Origin: Candidatus Heimdallarchaeota archaeon
GTDB taxonomy: Archaea; Asgardarchaeota; Heimdallarchaeia; Hodarchaeales; Hodarchaeaceae
DNA: 64,000 nucleotides
Assembly (NCBI GenBank): GCA_020353515.1
Contig: CP070695.1
Location: forward strand, 4,879,466 to 4,943,465
Direction of reading: 5' to 3'
Shown: in pieces, positions 50,453 to 59,654 of the stretch
Layout: each line of letters begins with the position of its first letter
Position numbering within the stretch: the stretch's first letter is position 1
Program-made: the position numbers and the translations under genes
Notes under the pieces: model-generated
The model's database searches: none
What the model was told of the DNA's origin: nothing
What the model saw: the letters and a program-made list of their open reading frames with translations, nothing else

Positions 50453-50505
50453 CAAACACACACAGAGTTTATAAATATTGGTGTGTGTTTGGATTTATAA
50501 ATATT
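50453..50505. promoter_or_regulatory. 11-bp inverted repeat enclosing a TATA-like box, plus a duplicated TATA box upstream of egsA
   Basis: CAAACACACAC-N17-GTGTGTGTTTG; TTTATAAATATT at 50468 and 50494. Confidence 0.55.
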
Positions 50506-50541
50506 ATGCTAATGTTCCGAAATTACTAGGACAGCATTGAA

Positions 50542-51624
50542 ATGTCAGGATCAGAAATTCTTGAATCAGTGGTACCCAGATCAATCATAATTGGAAAATC
50601 AACGATTAGAAGAATACCTGATGTTATTCAATCCCTCGGATTAAAACAAAAGGTAATGGTTCTTACTGGTCCTTCCACTAGACATGTTGTTGGAGAGGAA
50701 ATTTTCGAGGTTGTAACCAATCAAGAAATGGATTGTGAAGTCATCATCATTGAGAACTCTTCTCTTGAAGCAGCAAACTCCTATGTTGATCTTGTCCAAC
50801 GATACAAACCAAATATTATCATAAGCGCTGGAGGAGGGAAAAACATCGATGTAGGGAAATTTTGCCTGACAAAACTAACAAATAATACAGAAATGATTTC
50901 CGTTCCAACTGCTACTCCTCATGATGGGATTGCTTCTCCTTTTATTTTTCTCGATAACCCCACTGAAGAGTTTATCGGTGAATCACGCCCGCCTATTGCC
51001 GTGATTGCCGATGTGGAAAAAATTTTGAACCATCCTGATATAGTACGTTATATTCAGGCAGGGGTAGGAGACACAGTTGGTAAAATTACTGCAATTTGGG
51101 ATTGGCAGTATGCATGGCGTATAAAGTCAGAAAAGTATTCCCGATTTGTAGGAGGTGTTCTAGAAAACGCAGATACCCTTTTTCAAAGCCAAGTCTCCGA
51201 AGCTCTTATCAACCCCGAACATGCTGTTCAAATTGTATTAAAGGCTCTTCTAATAGCGGGAGTTCTAATGGGCACATCAAATGACATCCGGGTTGGTTAT
51301 GGTTCTGAACACATGTTTTCTGCTGCATTACACACTGAAACCCCAGAAGCAGATATCCTCCATGGTGAAAGAATTGCATTAGGAACGATTATGATGGCAA
51401 AGTTGCAAGGCCAAAATGAACAGATATTAAGTATTTTAAGAAAGGTCGGTTGTCCAACAAAAATTTCAGAATTGAATGACGATATTCCCCCCGAGGCGAT
51501 TATTAGAGCACTACAGAAAGCGCATAAAATGAATTCAATGTATACCGTGCTTGGACGAACTGGTTTAACGGAGAAAGCTGCATCGCGAATCGCACAAATG
51601 TCAGGGGTGATTAATCCTTCATAA
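50542..51624 (+). CDS. egsA: sn-glycerol-1-phosphate dehydrogenase-like (divergent)
   Basis: GGGKNIDVGK, PTA.PHDGIASP, P.AVIAD, AGVGD, TAIWDW, GSEHMFS, HGE, YTVLG. Confidence 0.8.
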   Translation: MSGSEILESVVPRSIIIGKSTIRRIPDVIQSLGLKQKVMVLTGPSTRHVVGEEIFEVVTNQEMDCEVIIIENSSLEAANSYVDLVQRYKPNIIISAGGGKNIDVGKFCLTKLTNNTEMISVPTATPHDGIASPFIFLDNPTEEFIGESRPPIAVIADVEKILNHPDIVRYIQAGVGDTVGKITAIWDWQYAWRIKSEKYSRFVGGVLENADTLFQSQVSEALINPEHAVQIVLKALLIAGVLMGTSNDIRVGYGSEHMFSAALHTETPEADILHGERIALGTIMMAKLQGQNEQILSILRKVGCPTKISELNDDIPPEAIIRALQKAHKMNSMYTVLGRTGLTEKAASRIAQMSGVINPS

Positions 51625-51715
51625 GTAACATTTAAAATGGATACTAGGATGGTCTTTTCTAGTTCGCTTTAAATATGACTAGTTTATTGTTATCATCTAA
51701 AGGAATTAAATCACT

Positions 51716-52453
51716 ATGGAATCTGAAGCTGAAAGCCCTGTAGTTGGCATTATCATCAGTAGCTTTGCAGATGCAGGTCCACAAGTGATATATAATTCAA
51801 CAAAAAACCATATTTCTGAAGATCAAGCCTTAAATCTCTCTATCCGAATCATGACTGTCATTGGAGATGAAATCAGTTATGATCTTTATGGTCCATTACC
51901 TGTTCCTTCAAATGATGAACTCCTCTGCTTAGCATACGTCTTTCGGGTAGAATCAACATATACGATTGATCCTCGGTTAAAAGAGCGTCCTACAGTCATC
52001 AGTATAATTTTTAAAAGGGCATTAAAACGAACAATTTCCCGCGCACAAGGTATCATTTCATCCTATCTATCCCAAGTGACAGCAAAGGACTTCAAAAAAG
52101 AGGATGATCTTGAATCCTCGAAAATGGAAGAGATTCATAAACGGCTTTCTGCTCTGATCTCCACAAATCCAGTTCGGATCTATATTGTGCAGGATGATCG
52201 CATTCTCGAACACACAGGAAGTCTCGATATACCTACAGATGCTTATGTAATTGCTGATATGCAAAAAAACATTTTTTATATCATATATGAACCCTATTTA
52301 TCGCCAATACGAAAACGACAAGTTGTTATCCTTGTCGACTCACTTAATGAAAAAACTTATCGTCGGAGATTCAATAAACAGATTGTGGACTCGGAAGATG
52401 AAGCAACAGGCCTTTTAAATTTCTACGGCTTAAAACATAGAGAACAGCGGTAA
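51716..52453 (+). CDS. Hypothetical protein: N-terminal longin/uDENN-like plus C-terminal gelsolin-like domain
   Basis: GIIISSF.D.GP, YGPLPVP, LAYVF, DPR; C-terminal pattern resembling a gelsolin repeat. Confidence 0.55.
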   Translation: MESEAESPVVGIIISSFADAGPQVIYNSTKNHISEDQALNLSIRIMTVIGDEISYDLYGPLPVPSNDELLCLAYVFRVESTYTIDPRLKERPTVISIIFKRALKRTISRAQGIISSYLSQVTAKDFKKEDDLESSKMEEIHKRLSALISTNPVRIYIVQDDRILEHTGSLDIPTDAYVIADMQKNIFYIIYEPYLSPIRKRQVVILVDSLNEKTYRRRFNKQIVDSEDEATGLLNFYGLKHREQR

Positions 52454-52869
52454 TGGTAATAGGTTCAGAGAGGAGATTGATCATGAAACTAGATAGTGCT
52501 TATGGTATGGAACTTGACAGTCTCAAAGATTTGGTTCGATTAGTATCGAGTTCAAGTCCAGATCGTCCATCTACTATTTTTAAGTGGGACTCAGAAGATG
52601 AAAAGGTCTATTATGGGTCTTTTGCAATATTCCCTGGATATTACGAGTTTAAGGCCTTACCTGTTCTCTTTTTTGTCATTCGCAATTCTTCAATTGAAGA
52701 AGATAAATCCCTAGTTCGTTATGATTTACAAGCAAAAGATAATCAGATTTCCTTTTTAAATCACATAGAAGAGAGAGACCTAGAAAATGTTCACACGGGT
52801 CTTGTAAGATTTATCCCTATTGTGAAGCTAAAAAAAGCCCCGAAGATTTTTTCCGATATGATGTATTAA
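52453..52869 (+). CDS. Hypothetical archaeal protein
   Basis: Coupled to upstream gene (TAATG overlap); ELDSLKDLVRL ... IPIVKLKK.P. Confidence 0.7.
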   Translation: MVIGSERRLIMKLDSAYGMELDSLKDLVRLVSSSSPDRPSTIFKWDSEDEKVYYGSFAIFPGYYEFKALPVLFFVIRNSSIEEDKSLVRYDLQAKDNQISFLNHIEERDLENVHTGLVRFIPIVKLKKAPKIFSDMMY

Positions 52870-52880
52870 GAGGGTCTTTT

Positions 52881-53666
52881 GTGTTAAAAGAAGGGGATAT
52901 TGTACGTATTGTTGAAGTAGCTCAACGTCAACCAAAATCATGGATTGTAACCCTAGTAAGAGATGGGGAACTTTCTACGCATTTAGGCAAAATTTTCCAT
53001 AATGAATGTATAGGGAGGAGATATGGAGATCAATTAAAGAAAGAGAAAAAAGTTTTCATTCTTCTAAAGCCCTCGGTACGTGATTTTTTACGCCACTTCC
53101 GGTTAAAAACACAAATTCTTTACGCGGATGACTGTGCTATCGCATGTAATTTAGCTGGACTTAGTTCTGGCATGAGAGTGGGAGAAGCTGGAACTGGTTC
53201 TGGTGCTTTAACGCTTTTTCTTGCCCACAATGTCCACCCAACTGGACAAGTGTTTTCTTTTGATATTAATGCCGATTATATCGCAAATGCTCAAAAAAAT
53301 CTAGCAATTACAGGATTATCTGATTGTATAACATTTAAACTACAAGACATTCGCGCACCCCTAGAAGTACGGGAGTTAGACGCGTTTTTCTTAGATTTTT
53401 CTTCACCTTATGAAGCTATAGATAACATCGCTCCTTCATTAAAGAGTAGTGGTCACTTGATTTGTTTTGTTCCAAATTGGGGTCAGGTGGAAGAAACTGT
53501 GGCTCAGATTAGAAAAAGTCCTTATTTTTTCCATGTTGATACTTTCGAGATAACTCGTAGGAATTTTACGGTTAATCCAGAAAGGCATATAATGAGACCA
53601 GTTTTCCGTGATCTAGTATATTCGGGGATACTTATTCATGCTATTCGTATTAATCCAAATCAATGA
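52881..53666 (+). CDS. trmI: tRNA (adenine-N1)-methyltransferase TrmI/Gcd14
   Basis: THLGKI.H, TQILY..D, EAGTGSGALT, DAFFLD, FVPNWGQV. Confidence 0.88.
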   Translation: MLKEGDIVRIVEVAQRQPKSWIVTLVRDGELSTHLGKIFHNECIGRRYGDQLKKEKKVFILLKPSVRDFLRHFRLKTQILYADDCAIACNLAGLSSGMRVGEAGTGSGALTLFLAHNVHPTGQVFSFDINADYIANAQKNLAITGLSDCITFKLQDIRAPLEVRELDAFFLDFSSPYEAIDNIAPSLKSSGHLICFVPNWGQVEETVAQIRKSPYFFHVDTFEITRRNFTVNPERHIMRPVFRDLVYSGILIHAIRINPNQ

Positions 53667-53675
53667 GATGAAAAG

Positions 53676-54581
53676 ATGATTAGGATCCCTAAAATCGTAT
53701 ATGAAAAATTTTTACGGTTTGCCCTAGAAAATGCTAATCCTCTTGACTCAAGGGATTGGAAAGAATGTATTGGATTGGTCTTAGGACGGATCAAAGAAGA
53801 AGAGATATTAGTAACAGACATCGTACCAATTGGTTCAGGAACAGCTGTATTTGTAGATATTGCTGATTATGAAAAAGTATTCTCGTTAATTTCACCTAGT
53901 AGGATTGATCATGGAGAAGTTATCGTAGGATGGGCACATACTCATCCTGGACTCGGTCTCTTTTTATCAGGCACAGATATACATACCCAACAGATGTACC
54001 AACAGATGCATCCGAAAGCATTTGCACTCGTTTTGGATCCTACAAAAATTTCTCCAGAATTTTCTGGATTTAACATATTTCGTCTTGATGAATTCGGATC
54101 TAATCCCACAACTGTAGACTATTCATTTGATGAACATTGTGATTTTTTTACGATTAGAGAAACTCTTATCTCAGAATTATATCTAGTTCCTCCAGTTTTA
54201 AAACCTCCAGCTATTATTTCTGAATCTGAAGTTCTTTGGAATGGTATTAGAATTATTCTAAGTGGAGATAAGGAGAGCTTGATAAATCAATTTTTTCAAG
54301 TGAAATTAGTGGTTGATTTACCTTTTCGTCAGTTCATTCGCATAGAATATCAAACAGAAACAGATAATGTAACAGATAATCCGTTTACACGGAAATTACT
54401 TTATCAGAAGATTCTCTACCACGAAACTATTACCTCAGGTACTCTAGGCATCTTCTCATTTCGTCCCACGAATATTGGAACAGTTCATTTCCGAATCAAT
54501 AATATATTTCTTACAGATTACCGACAGAGTTTACAAAAAATGCCTGATCTACAGTTCAAGACCGAAGTTCAAGGAAAATAA
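53676..54581 (+). CDS. JAMM/MPN+ metalloisopeptidase, Rpn11/CSN5-like, with C-terminal beta-sandwich extension
   Basis: ECIGLVLG, VGWAHTHPGLGLFLSGTD..TQ..YQ, ALVLDP. Confidence 0.88.
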   Translation: MIRIPKIVYEKFLRFALENANPLDSRDWKECIGLVLGRIKEEEILVTDIVPIGSGTAVFVDIADYEKVFSLISPSRIDHGEVIVGWAHTHPGLGLFLSGTDIHTQQMYQQMHPKAFALVLDPTKISPEFSGFNIFRLDEFGSNPTTVDYSFDEHCDFFTIRETLISELYLVPPVLKPPAIISESEVLWNGIRIILSGDKESLINQFFQVKLVVDLPFRQFIRIEYQTETDNVTDNPFTRKLLYQKILYHETITSGTLGIFSFRPTNIGTVHFRINNIFLTDYRQSLQKMPDLQFKTEVQGK

Positions 54582-54589
54582 AACAACTT

Positions 54590-55339
54590 TTACTGTGTTG
54601 GTTGTTTATATTTACGATCCCCATATAGCCCAAAGAGGATTAGGGTTATAAAAATAACCACAACAGCGAAAAACGCGTAAACTATTATATATGGTGGAAT
54701 AGGATAACTCTTAACTAATTCAAATGTTATATTTCGAGAATAGTAAGCATTTTTTGGTGCTAAATCTAGGCCTTCGATGTGGTACTGAACCTGGAAGACG
54801 AATTTATAAACACCATAAGTCATTAATTTCAAGGGAAAAACAACATCTTCCGATTTGGAGGAATTAGGATCTAAGACAAATTCAATAATATCTAGATTGG
54901 GATCATTTATATCATAATAACGAGATAATGCTTCAGTATGATTCAATTCATGTTTTTCTCCAGATATAACGGAATAGATATCAACGGTGAATTGATGGAT
55001 GGCTATTCTCTCTGAACGTCCTATAATAGTTGAATAACTAGCATTCACGTGAATGATTGTATTATTTAATAATTGGGGAAGGGGATTGTCTTGGAATTCA
55101 GGACTAACCACCTCTGGTATTAATTCCTCTAAAGGTACAAATTTTTTGTTCACTTTTGCCTTTAAATTCAACTCATCAATAACTAGTAACTCTCCATTGG
55201 CACTTGATCTTGTAGGTGATGATTTAACCGCGACTGGAGAAACAGAGCGGTTAACCCCGCAAGAAATGACAACTAATAATAGAATAATTAGTGAAATTGC
55301 TTTCAACTTGGCAAATAATTTAGTCATTCGCGGTTTCAA
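54590..55339 (-). CDS. Hypothetical type I membrane protein
   Basis: Signal peptide, beta-rich ectodomain with N-x-S/T sites, C-terminal TM. Confidence 0.7.
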   Translation of the reverse strand: MKPRMTKLFAKLKAISLIILLLVVISCGVNRSVSPVAVKSSPTRSSANGELLVIDELNLKAKVNKKFVPLEELIPEVVSPEFQDNPLPQLLNNTIIHVNASYSTIIGRSERIAIHQFTVDIYSVISGEKHELNHTEALSRYYDINDPNLDIIEFVLDPNSSKSEDVVFPLKLMTYGVYKFVFQVQYHIEGLDLAPKNAYYSRNITFELVKSYPIPPYIIVYAFFAVVVIFITLILFGLYGDRKYKQPTQ

Positions 55340-55558
55340 CCCTATACGTTTGGGGAGGCTTCCCTGTTTTGTTAATTGGGCATTTGAAGTTTTATTTCAA
55401 TTTTAGATATAAGTGTTGAAGCTTTGTTATTTCTTTCTTGATTTTTGGCTTTAGTTCGAGGGTACCAAACTTCTGTTTATCAAATCTCTCACGGAGATTT
55501 GTGAGTAATCCTCGAATGACCAGATACCTTAAACGAGCCAATGCCTAAAGATGGAATT

Positions 55559-56182
55559 TTACCTAGCGAAGAGTATCTTGTGAACTTCGTCTCGTAAGAC
55601 TTCCACTTGTCGGTCTAACCTTGCCTCAATGGTATTGCGTACTGCTAATGATCCTTTACTTATTATTGATCCACCGTCCACTGAATCACTTTCAGAGACC
55701 ATAATCTTGATTTTTGTGTTTATTCCAGACGCTTTAACAATCTCGGATTCTATGTTCTTAAGATCTATTAACGATACATCCTCTGGTGCAAGATTGACTT
55801 CTAACTCTCCCCCTTCTAAAGAAATCCCACCTTGTATTATTTGGTGAGTTAAAGCAGAACGATATTCCTCAGATTTTTTTTCTTTCCATTCTTGAATCCT
55901 TTTCAGACTTTTCTCGAATATATGATTTAATAATTGGTCTTTAACATTATTAAATTCAATCTTATTTTTTATTCGTAATTTTGACAATTCTCGTTGAATT
56001 TTTTGTTCTTCCTCTTTCTCTAATTCAGATATTTTTGCCTGTAATATTCGCTCTTTTTCACTTCGAGCTTGGTCAAGGATTTTCGTGGCTTCTTGTTCAG
56101 CTTCTCGGAGGATATTCTCTGTTTGTTGCTTTGCATCCTGAAGTATTTCGTTTTCAAACGGGTTAGTCTCAGTCATGATCAT
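55559..56182 (-). CDS. atpE: A/V-type ATP synthase subunit E
   Basis: N-terminal coiled coil, GG.II, NTIEARL, V.KILF. Confidence 0.85.
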   Translation of the reverse strand: MIMTETNPFENEILQDAKQQTENILREAEQEATKILDQARSEKERILQAKISELEKEEEQKIQRELSKLRIKNKIEFNNVKDQLLNHIFEKSLKRIQEWKEKKSEEYRSALTHQIIQGGISLEGGELEVNLAPEDVSLIDLKNIESEIVKASGINTKIKIMVSESDSVDGGSIISKGSLAVRNTIEARLDRQVEVLRDEVHKILFAR

Positions 56183-56424
56183 TCCTTTCTTCTAAATTTG
56201 CACTGATTCAGTTTTTTATGCTTTTAAGAGAATTTTTTTTCAGAATAAACTGTCTTTAGGGCGTGTAAATTAATTATCTACTTGATTATATCTGAGGATA
56301 AAGAATATATAGAGAGATATTCAGTTTTGATTAAAATTTCGCTTAGATATATTATTTTTTATTTTGCATGAAACAATATACTGGTCTTTAGGCTTTGGAT
56401 AATGAATCGATAATCGACTTAGAA

Positions 56425-57453
56425 TCAATCAAGTGGTATTACTGGGTAATCTTCTTGTATTAAGTCTTCTACTACCGTTTGAATCGAATCTTGTGCATTT
56501 GTAACTTCTTCTGATTTGAAAAATTTGTTTAATTCCTTTTCAACCAGATATTCTGGTTCTTTTTTACCGTCATCAGACATAATTAACAATATTTCTCTTT
56601 CGAGCACCCCTCGAGAGAATTTGGTCCTAAATTGGTTAAAAATTATTTCGTGTGCTAATAATATTTCCAATTGTCGATTATCAATCCTATTAATGACCTC
56701 TTCTGTTAGAACAAGCACGGAAAAGATTTCTTTGATTTGATTAATAGAAGTTAAAGTAAAAATAGGAACAAAAATTGGTTCAAACCGACTTTCAATACTC
56801 GTTTGAAAAAGAAAGGGTTTCACAGTTATGCGATATTTACTAACGATTTGAGAATATTCTTTTAGATGAGAATTAATATTTACCAATGCAGTCTTCGCCT
56901 TACGTGATTCTTTGAGATGTTTCATCCTTTCAGATTTTACCTTCTCACTAATAGTACTTGTAGGTATAATTTGAAGTCCCACCCTCACTTTCATCCTTAA
57001 TTGGACCTCAAGTTTTTCTGTAAAATCTTTATATGGTACAATTTCACCCTTTTGTTTATATATTGGATGGAGTTTTTTTATATCTTCAAATGCTTGAACC
57101 TCTGCCTCAAATATCTCCTTTTTTTCACATAATATCTGCTTTGTTACTGAAGCAAAATATTCCATCCCAGTTTGTAGAGCTATCGAATCTAAGGATTGAA
57201 AGATTGGAATAGAAAAAGCAATTAATAGGAAATCCTCTCCATGTTGAGATATTAATTGAAAATAAAAAGGACTAATCTTTCTGTTTTCCCTTTGGATTAA
57301 TCCCGTTACTCCAAAGAATCGTATCTGGTCAATTAGATCTAGTAATTCTTCATACTGAATCGTTACTCTTTCGAACTCCATTGCCATCCACTCTTCGATA
57401 GCTAACCGAGATTGAAACATTTGACTATGGGAAGCACTTTGATTGGAGCTCAT
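56425..57453 (-). CDS. Hypothetical protein with degenerate zincin-like motif
   Basis: 342-aa ORF; LVLTEEVI..ID..QLEILLAHEIIF. Confidence 0.65.
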   Translation of the reverse strand: MSSNQSASHSQMFQSRLAIEEWMAMEFERVTIQYEELLDLIDQIRFFGVTGLIQRENRKISPFYFQLISQHGEDFLLIAFSIPIFQSLDSIALQTGMEYFASVTKQILCEKKEIFEAEVQAFEDIKKLHPIYKQKGEIVPYKDFTEKLEVQLRMKVRVGLQIIPTSTISEKVKSERMKHLKESRKAKTALVNINSHLKEYSQIVSKYRITVKPFLFQTSIESRFEPIFVPIFTLTSINQIKEIFSVLVLTEEVINRIDNRQLEILLAHEIIFNQFRTKFSRGVLEREILLIMSDDGKKEPEYLVEKELNKFFKSEEVTNAQDSIQTVVEDLIQEDYPVIPLD

Positions 57454-57519
57454 AATAACAACTATTCCTTGTTTTGAGGATTAAAAAAGAAGAAATAAAA
57501 AATTAGCCATCTCAACTAC

Positions 57520-58551
57520 TCAATAGCGTCTCCCCGAATGTCTATAAGCTATCCAAAAGAGGAAGAAGAAGATTCCAAAGGCCATAAAAATGGCTGTTGA
57601 ACGACTAATAACTTCTAAATCCCCAGAAATGAAGTTTACTGCCTGGAAAAATACAAGTGACAACCAACCTATTATACTAGTATCTCTACTTGTTGTAAGT
57701 CCTTTCCAATATCTCACGATTAACATTAAAACTCCTAAAATCACAGCACCGATGTGAAACAATTCTAGAAGTGCCTCTGTAGGAAAGACATCTTTGGGAA
57801 TTACTAGATATATGAATTCTAAAAATAAAAATAGGGCAGCGGTAATAAGAGTAATTAAGGGGCCAGGGACTTTGACAGTATGGTCGACTTGTTGAGCTCC
57901 TTCATAAACTAGATATAAAATTCCTCCAATTGTCGCAGAATCTGCTAAAATCAATGCTGATGTGTAAATAACATCTAATTGAGAATTCCAAATATTCATT
58001 AATTTTATGAAGAAACCAAGAATCCCAGTTTGTTCACCAAACCAATCATAACCAAAGTAAAATCCCATGATTACTAACAGGGGTAATGGTAAATATAATA
58101 AAGTAAATAATATGGTCTTTCGCTGTGTTGAAACTAATTTTCCTTCTTCTCGCCATTTGAACAAGTATATAGCAATAAAGTACCCCCCAAACAACGAAAC
58201 AATAGGAGTTATTATGGGGAATAGAAAGATTATACCTACAATGAAGTTAAAACCGTAAAATGCTTTAACTGTGGTCGGTAATCGCCAAACTTCATGTCCA
58301 AAAGTTTCATAAGCATCTCCGATTTGATATCTTCGCCCATAGGTCCAAAAAAAGAAAGGAACAGACATGATAAGAGGACCAATTATATAAATAATGATAT
58401 CTGATAGAATACGTAAGTCATCCGTGTCTAAAAACCAAATAACCCCATCTACAAAAACAAAAGATAATAAATAAAAGTAAACAGGGATGAATATAAACTG
58501 GAGAATCACCAACAACCGTCCATAATGAATATACGTTTCGTAATCACTCAA
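57520..58551 (-). CDS. Hypothetical polytopic membrane protein
   Basis: ~9 hydrophobic segments. Confidence 0.7.
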   Translation of the reverse strand: MSDYETYIHYGRLLVILQFIFIPVYFYLLSFVFVDGVIWFLDTDDLRILSDIIIYIIGPLIMSVPFFFWTYGRRYQIGDAYETFGHEVWRLPTTVKAFYGFNFIVGIIFLFPIITPIVSLFGGYFIAIYLFKWREEGKLVSTQRKTILFTLLYLPLPLLVIMGFYFGYDWFGEQTGILGFFIKLMNIWNSQLDVIYTSALILADSATIGGILYLVYEGAQQVDHTVKVPGPLITLITAALFLFLEFIYLVIPKDVFPTEALLELFHIGAVILGVLMLIVRYWKGLTTSRDTSIIGWLSLVFFQAVNFISGDLEVISRSTAIFMAFGIFFFLFWIAYRHSGRRY

Positions 58552-58694
58552 TAGAAGTTCTACTCCTCTAGTTTATCTAAGTTGGATGCACAACTCTTTT
58601 TATAAACATACCTCTTGAGTCGCTTAAAACCGAATCCTAGGGCCCATTTTTTAGAACCAGATTCAAAAAACTCCTATTCTGGGAGAAAAACATC

Positions 58695-59006
58695 ATGAGT
58701 GGATCTAATGAAGATGAAAAATTCCCCTATAAGTCAGAATACTATCATTTGATTAAGGGGAAGACTATCTCGCGTAGAGGGCGTTGGTGGACCGCAGTTC
58801 TTCTCGTTCAAAATGTTGATGATGCCAATAAACGAATTGTAGTTATTCAACGGTGGCAAAAACGTAGAAGAGCTGATCCTGATGCTGAGGGAAATATATC
58901 TACTTACTGGGCACCTGCAAAAGCTTTTACACTTAATTCTAGCAAACCTTGGGAAACTCTCAAAGAAACAGTTGAAGAATGGCTAGCAACGAATGATTGG
59001 AAGTGA
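58695..59006 (+). CDS. Small hypothetical protein, possibly PC4/Whirly-like ssDNA/RNA-binding fold
   Basis: Beta strands rich in W/R then a C-terminal helix (IQRWQK...W.PAKAFTL...WE.LKE.V). Confidence 0.55.
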   Translation: MSGSNEDEKFPYKSEYYHLIKGKTISRRGRWWTAVLLVQNVDDANKRIVVIQRWQKRRRADPDAEGNISTYWAPAKAFTLNSSKPWETLKETVEEWLATNDWK

Positions 59007-59108
59007 CCTTGGTATTCTCCTTTGATCAAACTTCGAAGCTATTTTAAAAGGGGAGGAAATCTAATCGCTTTATTTCGGATGTCTATAACTTTATAATTCC
59101 ATCTTTCA

Positions 59109-59654
59109 TTGGTTAAAAACACTGGGGATATTTTGTTGGAAAATATCAATAAACCATCAATATTGGGATCAATAATAAGAGATTTGCGACAAGAGAAGAA
59201 GGCAATTGTAGTAGGAATGGTTACTTACTTCCTTTCCCTTTCTATTGTATTTATAATTGTCATAGGAATGATTTATCATCTTAAGATAGCAATTTTATAC
59301 CCATTCCCTTTCAATTTGATAATCACTGAAATTATATTTGCCCTTCCTGCAATTCCTAGTGCTTTCATCACCAATTACTTGAGTAAAAGAAATTCTGATG
59401 GTATTTACGTTGTAATTATCTCAGGGATTCTGGTAATCGTATTAATATCTTCAATATTAGGCGTATTAGTGTTTATAGAACTTACTGGCCCTCCACCAGT
59501 AAACGAATGGGCACGCTTCGGCAGATATATGCCTATCCTGTTAATTTTCTATCTATATCTTTTCTTCATTCTTCCTGTTGGTGTTATTTCAACGTTTTTT
59601 GCATCAGTCAGTTCTACTTATGGAAACAAATTATTATTGAGTCAGACTAAGTAA
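59109..59654 (+). CDS. Hypothetical membrane protein (4 TM)
   Basis: Four hydrophobic segments. Confidence 0.6.
   Translation: MVKNTGDILLENINKPSILGSIIRDLRQEKKAIVVGMVTYFLSLSIVFIIVIGMIYHLKIAILYPFPFNLIITEIIFALPAIPSAFITNYLSKRNSDGIYVVIISGILVIVLISSILGVLVFIELTGPPPVNEWARFGRYMPILLIFYLYLFFILPVGVISTFFASVSSTYGNKLLLSQTK

Noticed and set aside
55372-55470. Alba-like C-terminus (…LISKIEIKL…) in a minus frame
   Set aside because: In-frame stop upstream and no Alba core motif
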